This document shows positions 56,582-64,000 of a stretch of DNA of 64,000 bases, in pieces. Location of the stretch: NCBI GenBank assembly GCA_903850425.1, contig CAINLR010000141.1:45296-109295 (forward strand). The letters are read 5' to 3'. A model generated the notes under the pieces. It did not search any database. It saw nothing but the letters and a program-made list of their open reading frames with translations, and was not told the DNA's origin. This DNA comes from an uncultured Verrucomicrobia subdivision 3 bacterium (lineage in GTDB: Bacteria; Verrucomicrobiota; Verrucomicrobiia; Limisphaerales; UBA11358). Position 1 is the stretch's first letter; each line of letters begins with the position of its first letter. Both the position numbers and the translations under genes were made by a program.

Positions 56582-58921
56582 ATGAAATCATCCCGTGCGA
56601 CCAAATTATCCCGGTCGCTTTTGTTCCTGGCCGGGGGCGCTTTAATCAGTCTTGGCCTGTCGAGCGTTGACGTCCAGGCGGCCGGCCAGGCGATGCTACC
56701 GTTGGCAAGCTATGTCCGGCCGTTTGTCGGCGCGCAAGGCGAGGGCAATACGTTTCCGGGCCCGTCTGTGCCCTTCGGCATGGTGCAGATCAGCCCGGAC
56801 ACGGACACCACCAACTGGGACACCGATTCCGGTTACGAATACACCGACCCGACCATTCAAGGTTTTAGTCTCACGCATCTCAGTGGCACGGGTTGTCCGG
56901 ATCTCGGTGATTTTCTGTTCGTCCCACAAGTCGGCACGCCGGCGGTTGAAGCCGGTCCCAAGAATCATCCCGAGCTTGGCTATCAATCGCTATTCTCGCA
57001 CGCGGATGAGTCCGCCGCGGCCGGCTATTACAAAGTGAAACTGCAAAAGTCCGGCGTCACCACCGAACTCTCGGCGGGCGAACGTTCCGGCATTTTACGC
57101 TTCACCTTTCCGGCCAGCGACGAGGCGTCCATTTTGACAGACCTGAACCATGTCATTGACGGCGGCCGCTGGCATGTGGCCGAATCGCGGTTGCGCGTTG
57201 AAGACGGTTCCACCGTGACGGGTTTCCATCTGGTCAACGGCTGGGCGCGCGAGCGGTATCTCTACTTTGCAGCGCGTTATTCCCGTCCCTTCGACGAGGC
57301 GCTCATCATCAAGGATGGCAAGCCGGTGACTTACAAGAGCTATGTCAATTATCGCTTCCGCAGCCGCAACGAAGTCGTCGGCACGAACCTGCAGCTCCTC
57401 GCCAAATACAAAACCGGCGCGGGCGAAGTCATCCAGGTGAAAGTTGCCGTCTCCGCCGTCAGCGCCGCCAATGCGCTGGAAAATCTCAACGCGGAAATTC
57501 CCGGTTGGGATTTTAACAAGGTAAGAAACACCGCCTTTGAAAAATGGAATCACGAACTGAGCCGGATTCAGATCGAAGGCTCCGAGGAACAAAAGGCAAC
57601 ATTTTACACTTCGCTGTATCACGCCTTTCTGGTGCCCAACCTGTATCAGGACGTCAACGGCGAATACCGGGGCTTGGACCAGAACATCCACCATTCTAAA
57701 AAGTTCACCAAATACACCGTGTTCTCGCTTTGGGATACCTTTCGCGCCGAACATCCGCTGCTGGCTTTGATTCAGGAGCAACGCGATTCCGACATGATCA
57801 ACTCCATTCTCGATCATTACCATCAGAGCGCAGATCACCTGCTGCCGATGTGGGAACTGCAAGGCAATGAAACTTGGTGCATGATCGGCTACCACGCCGT
57901 GCCGGTGATCGTGGACGGCTACTTGAAGGGCGTGAAGGGCATTGATGCCAAGGACGCTTACGACGCCATCAAAACCACCGCGATGAATCCGCATTACGAC
58001 GGCCTGGCTTCCTACCGCAAACTGGGCTGGGTGCCCTTTGATGAGGAAGATGAGTCGCTTTCCAAGACCCTTGAATATGCCTATGACGACTATGCCATCG
58101 CGCAAATGGCCAAGGCGCTGGGCAAGACGGCTGACTATGATTACTTTCTGAATCGCTCGGCCAGCTTCAAGAACATTTACAATCCCGACCTTGGCTGGAT
58201 GTGCGCGAAGGATTCCCTGGGTCGCTGGCGCACGAATTTCAACGCCCACATGTTCGGTGGCGGCACCAATCTGCAGGATGTCACCGAAGGCACCAGCTCG
58301 CAATACTCCTGGTTTGTGCCGCAGGATGTGCCCGGCTTGATTGCGCTGATGGGCGGCAAGGAAAAGTTCGCCGCGAAACTGGACGCGCTGTTTGATGCGA
58401 AGCAATCCGAGCTGTTCACCAGGGAATTATCCGCGAATGATCTGCGCGGCTGCATCGGTGAATATTGGCACGGCAACGAACCGGCTCACCACGTCATCTA
58501 CCTGTATTGCTATGCCGGGCAGCCATGGAAGGCGGCGGAGAAACTGCACCAGATCGTCAAGACCCAATACGGCAGCCAGCCTGGCTCGCTTTGCGGCAAC
58601 GACGACTGCGGCCAGATGTCCGCCTGGTATATGTTCACCTGCCTGGGCTTCTATCCGGTGTGCCCGACGAGCGATTATTATGTAATCGGCGCGCCGCAGC
58701 TTCCCAAGGCCGTGATGAATCTCTCCAATGGCAAGAAGTTCACGATGACAGCGGAAAATCTCTCCGACGAAAACATCTACGTGCAATCCGTCCGCGTGAA
58801 CGGCCGGAACTGGGACTCACCGTTCCTGCCTTACAAGGAAGTGAAGAACGGCGGCAAGATTGTCTTCATCATGGGCCCGCAGCCGAGCCAGTGGGGAAGC
58901 AATGCTGGCAACCTCGAGTAA
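56582..58921 (+). CDS. GH92 alpha-mannosidase
   Basis: It has a signal peptide. The N-terminal block is GEGNTFPGPSVPFGMVQISPDT, with HLSGTGC following. The C-terminal blocks are YWHGNEPAHHVIYLY and GNDDCGQMSAWY, all classic GH92 blocks. Confidence 0.9.
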   Translation: MKSSRATKLSRSLLFLAGGALISLGLSSVDVQAAGQAMLPLASYVRPFVGAQGEGNTFPGPSVPFGMVQISPDTDTTNWDTDSGYEYTDPTIQGFSLTHLSGTGCPDLGDFLFVPQVGTPAVEAGPKNHPELGYQSLFSHADESAAAGYYKVKLQKSGVTTELSAGERSGILRFTFPASDEASILTDLNHVIDGGRWHVAESRLRVEDGSTVTGFHLVNGWARERYLYFAARYSRPFDEALIIKDGKPVTYKSYVNYRFRSRNEVVGTNLQLLAKYKTGAGEVIQVKVAVSAVSAANALENLNAEIPGWDFNKVRNTAFEKWNHELSRIQIEGSEEQKATFYTSLYHAFLVPNLYQDVNGEYRGLDQNIHHSKKFTKYTVFSLWDTFRAEHPLLALIQEQRDSDMINSILDHYHQSADHLLPMWELQGNETWCMIGYHAVPVIVDGYLKGVKGIDAKDAYDAIKTTAMNPHYDGLASYRKLGWVPFDEEDESLSKTLEYAYDDYAIAQMAKALGKTADYDYFLNRSASFKNIYNPDLGWMCAKDSLGRWRTNFNAHMFGGGTNLQDVTEGTSSQYSWFVPQDVPGLIALMGGKEKFAAKLDALFDAKQSELFTRELSANDLRGCIGEYWHGNEPAHHVIYLYCYAGQPWKAAEKLHQIVKTQYGSQPGSLCGNDDCGQMSAWYMFTCLGFYPVCPTSDYYVIGAPQLPKAVMNLSNGKKFTMTAENLSDENIYVQSVRVNGRNWDSPFLPYKEVKNGGKIVFIMGPQPSQWGSNAGNLE

Positions 58922-58944
58922 GCAGATTTTTTGCCGCCAGCACT

Positions 58945-59187
58945 ATGCGCAACTTTCTACCATTCGTAGCCTTGGCGCTCAGCTTTTTATTGGTAAGTTG
59001 CAGTAACTCGAAGCCTCTTTCTGATGTTGATGTTTCAGCGCAAGTCGTAGGATCTTGGAAGGTTCACGCATGATCTCCACAAGGCGTATCATCAAGCGGG
59101 CTGGTTACTATTCTTGCGGACGGTAACGTGATTTGCTATGTCAAGTATGTTAGGGGAAAATATGAATTAGCGATGAATTATGTTTAA
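58945..59187 (+). pseudogene. Small lipoprotein gene interrupted by an in-frame TGA (codon 43, at 59071-59073)
   Basis: MRNFLPFVALALSFLLVSCSN.. carries a lipobox (LVSC). The same frame continues after the TGA as SPQGVSSSGLVTILADGNVICYVKYVRGKYELAMNYV*. It ends 8 nt inside the RCC1 gene start. Confidence 0.35.
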
Positions 59188-60208
59188 GCTTTCAACCTTA
59201 ATAATTTTATTACCGAGTCTAGCAGTTGGCCAATTGCCATCTGGCTGGGTCATTGGTTGGGGAGATAATGATTATGGAGCTGCTACCGGAATTGCTTCTG
59301 TCATTGAGAAAAACGAGATGAAACGTCACGATGCAGTCGGTGTAGTTACAGTAGCGGGCCAACTCTTAAGAGATGCAGTATCCATTTCTGCTGGAAAGGA
59401 ACATGCGCTGGCCTTAAAAAAGGACGGGACTGTGGTTGCTTGGGGTGGCAATAATGTATGTGGTGAATTATCAGTTCCAACTGGTCTCAGTAATGTTGTC
59501 GCGGTTGGTGCTGGAGTTGGCTGGAGCGTGGCTCTAAAAAAGGACGGAACTGTGATTTCATGGGGTGGCTGTGGCCAAATAGCTCAACCGTCTGATTTAA
59601 CAAACATAGTAAAAATATCTGTTGGTTGTCTTCAGGCACTTGCACTTAGGAAAGATGGCGTTGTAATTAGTTGGGGCAACACGGTCGGAAAAATACCGGC
59701 TAATTTGCATAATGTTGTGGATGTTTGTGCTGGTGGTTTCCCTGGGCCACGTAATTTAGCCATAAAACAGGATGCCACAATTAGCCACTGGGGAAGCGAA
59801 ACCACTCATCACGATGCCACCCCGCCCAAAGATTTAATCAACATACTTTCTGTTGCAGTTGGAAGGAACCATAGTTTGGCATTACAGAGAGATGGCACAG
59901 TATTTGGTTGGGGATTTAATGAGCTTGGCCAAGCAACTGGTGTGCAAACAACTAATGATTCCCTAATCTCTAGCGGCTTAGTGACCATTGGAGGAATCAT
60001 CTTGAGCAATGTTGTTGGAATTGCTGCACATAATGATTTCAGCCTTGCCCTAAAAAATGATGGAACAATCGTTGGCTGGGGAGAGAAAATATCTCCTCAA
60101 AAGAAAATCCCAGTCGGATTAACCAACTTAGTAGCATTGGCAGTAGGCGATAGATTTTGCTTAGCCATCACGACAAACGCGGCCGTTGCCGAGAAGTTCC
60201 AGCATTAA
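59180..60208 (+). CDS. RCC1-repeat (beta-propeller) protein, secreted; markedly AT-richer than its surroundings
   Basis: A signal-like N-terminus is followed by ~7 repeats of the pattern G..H.LALK.DGTV..WG.N..GQ..(P).L.NVV.(I/V)AAG. Confidence 0.8.
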   Translation: MFKLSTLIILLPSLAVGQLPSGWVIGWGDNDYGAATGIASVIEKNEMKRHDAVGVVTVAGQLLRDAVSISAGKEHALALKKDGTVVAWGGNNVCGELSVPTGLSNVVAVGAGVGWSVALKKDGTVISWGGCGQIAQPSDLTNIVKISVGCLQALALRKDGVVISWGNTVGKIPANLHNVVDVCAGGFPGPRNLAIKQDATISHWGSETTHHDATPPKDLINILSVAVGRNHSLALQRDGTVFGWGFNELGQATGVQTTNDSLISSGLVTIGGIILSNVVGIAAHNDFSLALKNDGTIVGWGEKISPQKKIPVGLTNLVALAVGDRFCLAITTNAAVAEKFQH

Positions 60209-60462
60209 GCCGTGTTCCGGCTCAAAGCCAACTTTGGAGACGATGACCAGCGCAGGCAGGAGGAAGTGGTGCTGCGACTGCTGACGGGCGGCAAGGGTCG
60301 TGACAAAGTTTTGAGTCTTGATGAGCGATAGTTGGTTTTTCAAACAGAGGCTTGGAAAATAATTTCAAAAGAGCGAAACAAATGATGGCTGCGGTGACGG
60401 ATCATGGGTTTTATATTAAGGCAACGCATGAGTTTATGTTTACAACAACTACAAGTAACGGA

Positions 60463-61701
60463 ATGACATTGCGACCGCACAACGAATTGTTTTTGAACGA
60501 ACCCGCCAGCGATCTGCAAAATTGGTTACTGGATCCGGCGGTAACTTTTCTCAACCACGGCTCCTTTGGCGCGTGTCCCCGGCGCGTGCTGGCTGTCCAA
60601 GATGAATGGCGCGCGCGGATGGAGCGTCAGCCCTTGCAGTTTCTCGCGCGCGAACTCGAGCCGGCGATGGACGCCGCCCGCGCGGCGCTGGCGCAGTTTG
60701 TCGGCGCGGCGGCGGAGGATCTGGTCTTCGTGCCGAACGCCACGCACGGCATCAATTCCGTGCTGCGCTCGCTCACGTTCGAACCCGGCGATGAATTGCT
60801 CGTCACGAACCAGGAATACAACGCCAGCCGCAACGCGCTGGACTTTGTCGCCGCGCAGTTCGGCGCTCGCGTGGTGGTGGTGAACCTCCCGTTCCCATTG
60901 CAGAACGCGGACGAAGTCATTCTCCCGATCCTCGCCGCCGTGACGCCGCGCACGCGTCTGGCCCTGCTGGATCACGTCGTCAGTCAGACCGGTCTGGTCC
61001 TGCCGCTGGAACGATTGGTGAAGGAACTGGCCGCGCGCGGGGTCGAGACGCTCGTGGACGGCGCGCACGCGCCCGGCATGGTGCCGCTGGACCTGAAACA
61101 ACTGGGCGCGGCGTATTACACCGGCAATTGTCACAAGTGGCTGTGCGCCCCCAAAGGTTCGGCGTTTTTGTTCGTGCAGCCGCACCGGCAGAAGTTGATT
61201 CGTCCGCTGGCCATCAGCCACGGCGCTAATTCCGCGCGCACCGATCGCTCGCGCTTCCTGATCGAGTTCGGCTGGACCGGCACCGGCGATGTGACCGCGT
61301 GGTTGAGCGTGCCCGCCGCGATCCAGTTCATGGCGGAACAACTCCCCGGCGGCTGGCCGGAGGTCATGGCGCGCAATCGCGCGCTGGCGCTCGCCGCCCG
61401 GAAAATCCTCTGCACCGCGCTGGCCATTCCCGAACCGTGCCCGGCGGAATTTATCGGTTCACTGGCCGCGGTGTCGTTGCCGGATGCCGCGCCCGACGCG
61501 TTGCCCCGCTTGCCGATCAACGAGTATCCGCTCCAAGACGACCTGCGTTTGAAACACGGCATCGAGGTGCCGCTGATGCCCTGGCCGGCGCCGCCGAAAC
61601 GCCTGCTGCGCGTCTCAGCCCAGCTCTACAACTCGCTGCCGCAATACGAACGGTTGGCGCAGGCGCTCCGCGCTGAGTTGCAACTGGCCGGAAAAACATA
61701 A
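60463..61701 (+). CDS. Class-V aminotransferase-fold PLP enzyme (isopenicillin-N-epimerase / cysteine desulfurase-like); start uncertain (60352/60382/60463)
   Basis: Blocks are FLNHGSFGACP and VPNATHGINSV. The block VDGAHAPGMVPLDL..LGAAYYTGNCHKWLCAPKGSAFL contains the PLP-lysine context HK. Confidence 0.8.
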   Translation: MTLRPHNELFLNEPASDLQNWLLDPAVTFLNHGSFGACPRRVLAVQDEWRARMERQPLQFLARELEPAMDAARAALAQFVGAAAEDLVFVPNATHGINSVLRSLTFEPGDELLVTNQEYNASRNALDFVAAQFGARVVVVNLPFPLQNADEVILPILAAVTPRTRLALLDHVVSQTGLVLPLERLVKELAARGVETLVDGAHAPGMVPLDLKQLGAAYYTGNCHKWLCAPKGSAFLFVQPHRQKLIRPLAISHGANSARTDRSRFLIEFGWTGTGDVTAWLSVPAAIQFMAEQLPGGWPEVMARNRALALAARKILCTALAIPEPCPAEFIGSLAAVSLPDAAPDALPRLPINEYPLQDDLRLKHGIEVPLMPWPAPPKRLLRVSAQLYNSLPQYERLAQALRAELQLAGKT

Positions 61702-61850
61702 GCATCGCGTCGGCCCGCGCTGCGTTTGAGAGCCGGAACGCCCTCCTGATTTTGCCCGGCAGCGACCAAAATATTTCAGTTGAAAATCCTGGAACCCGTC
61801 CTAAAGTGGAAGTGCTGTTTCAAGCAACAATATTTTACGAAAGGTTTGCC

Positions 61851-63035
61851 ATGAAAACTTTGTTCGCTTCCACGATCACGCGTTGCAGTTTCCGGCTGGC
61901 GCTGGTTACGATCGCCGCATCCACCTTGACCGCCTCCGCCCAATGGCTGCCAACCGGTCCGCTCGTCGTCCCGCCGGTGCGGATCACCAGCCCGGTCAAC
62001 CACGCCACGTTTTATGCGCCGGTGAACATTCCCATTTTTGCCTTCACCACCCGCGAATATTCGTTGAGCCCGATCGTTCCGACGCTTGGCTCGGTCACGA
62101 ACGTCGAGTTTTTCGCCGGCACGAATGATCTGGGTGCCGGCTTCAACCTCGGCGCGTCCGGTTCACCTTTCGCGTTGCGGCCCATCCCGGCCATCTACGG
62201 CAATATCACTTGGGGATCATCCCTCACGCGGCTCGGCAATGTTTATTGCCTGACCTGGACCAACGCCGCTCCGGGCGCGGTCGCCTTGACCGCCGTGGCC
62301 AAAGGTCCGGCCGGCTACTGCGTCACATCCGCGCCGGTGAACATCACCATCTCCACCTCGCCCACCAACACCAATCCGACCGCGCTGGTAAGCATTTACG
62401 CCACCGATCCGATTGCCATCGCCGGCACGAATGCCTATGTCTGGCGCGGCGTGACCAACGTGACGCCGGCGTGGACGAACTGGAATCCCAGCGTGTTCCG
62501 CTGGTTCACCAATTGGGGACCGAAGAACGCGCTGTTCACGGTGCAACGCCTGGGCAATGCCAACAGCGATTTGACGGTGCGCTATCGTATCGGCGGCACG
62601 GCCAGCAACGGCGTGGACTACGCCACTTTGCCCGGCTCGGTGACCGTGCCCGCCGGCGCGGCTTACACGCTCATTCCCATTGTGCCGATTGACAACGGCG
62701 TCACGAATCGCAACAAAACCGTGGTGCTGACGCTGCTGGCCGCCACCAACATGCCAGCGGATTATCTGCTGCGACCGCCCACCCAGGCCGCCGCGCTGAT
62801 CATAGAAAATGGAATTCGTCCCGCGTCCGCGCTGCTGTCCGGCGGCGGTTTTCATCTCAACGCCACCGGCCCGGACGGCGCGTGGTTCTACGTCGAGTAT
62901 TCCACCGATTTCGTCAACTGGACGACGGCCAGCACCAACCAGGTGTTCCAAGGTTCCATTGACTTCATTGACCCCGATACCACGAGCCATCCGAACTGTT
63001 TCTATCGCGCGGTGCCGCTGCCCGCGTCGCCGTAG
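61851..63035 (+). CDS. Secreted protein with a Calx-beta-like domain and a C-terminal FYRA module
   Basis: Start at MKTLFASTITRCSFRLALVTIAASTLTASA. The Calx-beta-like block is LTVRYRIGGTASNGVDYATLPGSVTVPAGAAYTLIPIVPIDNG. The C-terminus is ..FVNWTTAST...HPNCFYRAVPLPASP. Confidence 0.65.
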   Translation: MKTLFASTITRCSFRLALVTIAASTLTASAQWLPTGPLVVPPVRITSPVNHATFYAPVNIPIFAFTTREYSLSPIVPTLGSVTNVEFFAGTNDLGAGFNLGASGSPFALRPIPAIYGNITWGSSLTRLGNVYCLTWTNAAPGAVALTAVAKGPAGYCVTSAPVNITISTSPTNTNPTALVSIYATDPIAIAGTNAYVWRGVTNVTPAWTNWNPSVFRWFTNWGPKNALFTVQRLGNANSDLTVRYRIGGTASNGVDYATLPGSVTVPAGAAYTLIPIVPIDNGVTNRNKTVVLTLLAATNMPADYLLRPPTQAAALIIENGIRPASALLSGGGFHLNATGPDGAWFYVEYSTDFVNWTTASTNQVFQGSIDFIDPDTTSHPNCFYRAVPLPASP

Positions 63036-63095
63036 CCGCTACCTAACTCTTGACGAGTTTCAGTTCCCCAACCGACTTTGCGCTCGGCGCCTTGC

Positions 63096-63800
63096 TCAGT
63101 GCGGCACTTTGGAAGCCATGTAGCGAACCACCGCCTCGGTGCGGGAACTGACATGGAGTTTTTCAAACACGTGTTTCAGGTGGCTGCACACGGTATCAAT
63201 GCTGATCTCCAATTTGTCGGCGATGAGCTTGTTCGAGTAGCCTTGCGAGAGCAGGACGAGGATCTGTTCTTCTCTCACTGACAGGCGCACGGATTCATCG
63301 CGCGCCTTGGCCTTGCGCCGGAACGACTCGATGACGCGCCGGGCAATCTGACTGGTCATGGGCGCGCCTCCACCCAACACATCAAGCAGGGCGATGCGCA
63401 AATCCGCCGGCTTGGTGCGTTTCAGCAGGTAACCGTCGGCACCCGCTTCGAGCGCGAGAAAGACCAGTTCCTGGTCGTCCATGGCGGTGAGGATGACGAT
63501 CTGGACCTCCGGCAGCAGCGCCTTGAGGCGCACGGTGCATTCAATGCCGGACATGCGGGGCAGGAAAATGTCCATCAGGACGACGTCGGGGTTTTCCTGC
63601 GGAATCAGCCGGATCGCCTCTTCGCCGGTGGTGCAGGCGCAAATGCAGGTGAAATCGGGAAACGAGTTGATCAGCTTGATCCAGCTCTCGCGGACTTTCG
63701 GCTGGTCTTCCACCAACGCCACTTTGAGGGCCTTTTTACGGGCGGATTCAGCGGCATGACTGAAGCTCGCCTTGATTGGTTTAACACTTGGTGGGGTCAT
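63096..63800 (-). CDS. NarL/LuxR-family response regulator
   Basis: Start set at MTPPSV. The REC domain contains VALVEDQP...DVVLMDIFLPRMSG. The C-terminal HTH is LSVREEQILVLLSQGYSNKLIADKLEISIDTVCSHLKHVFEKLHV. Confidence 0.88.
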   Translation of the reverse strand: MTPPSVKPIKASFSHAAESARKKALKVALVEDQPKVRESWIKLINSFPDFTCICACTTGEEAIRLIPQENPDVVLMDIFLPRMSGIECTVRLKALLPEVQIVILTAMDDQELVFLALEAGADGYLLKRTKPADLRIALLDVLGGGAPMTSQIARRVIESFRRKAKARDESVRLSVREEQILVLLSQGYSNKLIADKLEISIDTVCSHLKHVFEKLHVSSRTEAVVRYMASKVPH

Positions 63801-64000
63801 GAATTTGTGAGGGGTCTTTTGGCGGCAGGTTTTTCGGATCGCTGGTCGGCTCGGCAAAGGGCCGGGAGTTCCACAGCCACCTCCACAGATAGCGGCGCTG
63901 ATGCTTGAAGGGAATTCCAAATTCTATGCGGCAGCCTTGGCCCGGGGCGCTGGTCACCTGACAGCTCCCGCCCATCTCGTGCATACGCTGGTTGATGTTG
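63781..64000 (-). CDS. Sensor histidine kinase, C-terminal end only (rest beyond the right window edge)
   Basis: The frame is open to the window edge. ..NINQRMHEMGGSCQVTSAPGQGCRIEFGIPF matches the end of NarX/DegS-type HATPase domains. It overlaps the downstream response-regulator start by ~20 nt. Confidence 0.6.
   Translation of the reverse strand, partial: NINQRMHEMGGSCQVTSAPGQGCRIEFGIPFKHQRRYLWRWLWNSRPFAEPTSDPKNLPPKDPSQIHDPTKC

Noticed and set aside
60209-60343. Short ORFs after the RCC1 gene (minus-strand 60161-60343; a plus-frame reading ..FRLKANFGDDDQRRQEEVVLRLLTGGKGRDKVLSLDER*)
   Set aside because: There is no start context and no recognisable motif. This is possibly a gene fragment left at the islet boundary, but it is unsupported.

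Overview
High-GC bacterial chromosome segment. The gene content suggests Verrucomicrobiota or Planctomycetota (PATR-repeat proteins, a Bat aerotolerance-type operon, very large secreted multidomain proteins); that assignment is inference only.

Gene order, left to right:
- 1-1527: partial PATR-repeat surface protein.
- 1.7-4.4 kb: molybdenum-cofactor operon on the minus strand (moaE-moeA fusion, moaC, mog).
- 4.5-20.7 kb: MoxR/DUF58/BatA-E operon on the minus strand. It is interrupted by a ~7 kb two-gene block (a 1480-aa repeat adhesin and a cytochrome-c/PQQ-type dehydrogenase). The block is bounded by a diverged 252-bp duplication of the DUF58 5' end.
- 20.8-23.0 kb: IS remnants between tRNA-Gln and tRNA-Asp.
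- 23-34.8 kb: housekeeping and signalling genes (cNMP-binding histidine kinase, mutL, ROK kinase, leuC-type dehydratase, REC-histidine kinase, cinA, argH).
- 35.3-36.1 kb: a REP-associated tyrosine transposase (RAYT) flanked by REP units.
- 36.3-42.4 kb: GT2-TPR, a beta-helix protein, a Tat-signal aldo/keto reductase, BI-1/YccA.
- 42.6-60.2 kb: co-directional array of secreted enzymes (GH18-like multidomain protein, ~2170-aa metzincin/PATR giant, GH78, BSP-type peptidase, GH92, RCC1-repeat protein).
- 60.4-64.0 kb: class-V aminotransferase, a Calx-beta protein, a LuxR-type response regulator, a partial histidine kinase.

Most interesting non-gene structure:
1. A family of short elements built from tandem heptads of the form GAT-K-K-N-N, often arranged as hairpins. 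They sit exactly on intercistronic junctions of the bat operon and lie in frame inside moeA, mutL and cinA.
2. A RAYT/REP system with a dispersed REP doublet.
3. A shared ~60-aa C-terminal module ending in (F/Y)YR(L/M/V/A) on four large secreted proteins.
4. An Ig plus ~200-aa module repeated four times across two adjacent giant genes.

I found no CRISPR array, prophage or rRNA. Many long ORFs in the supplied track are antisense or N-terminal-extension artefacts of high-GC DNA. All homology statements come from motif recognition by eye, not database searches.
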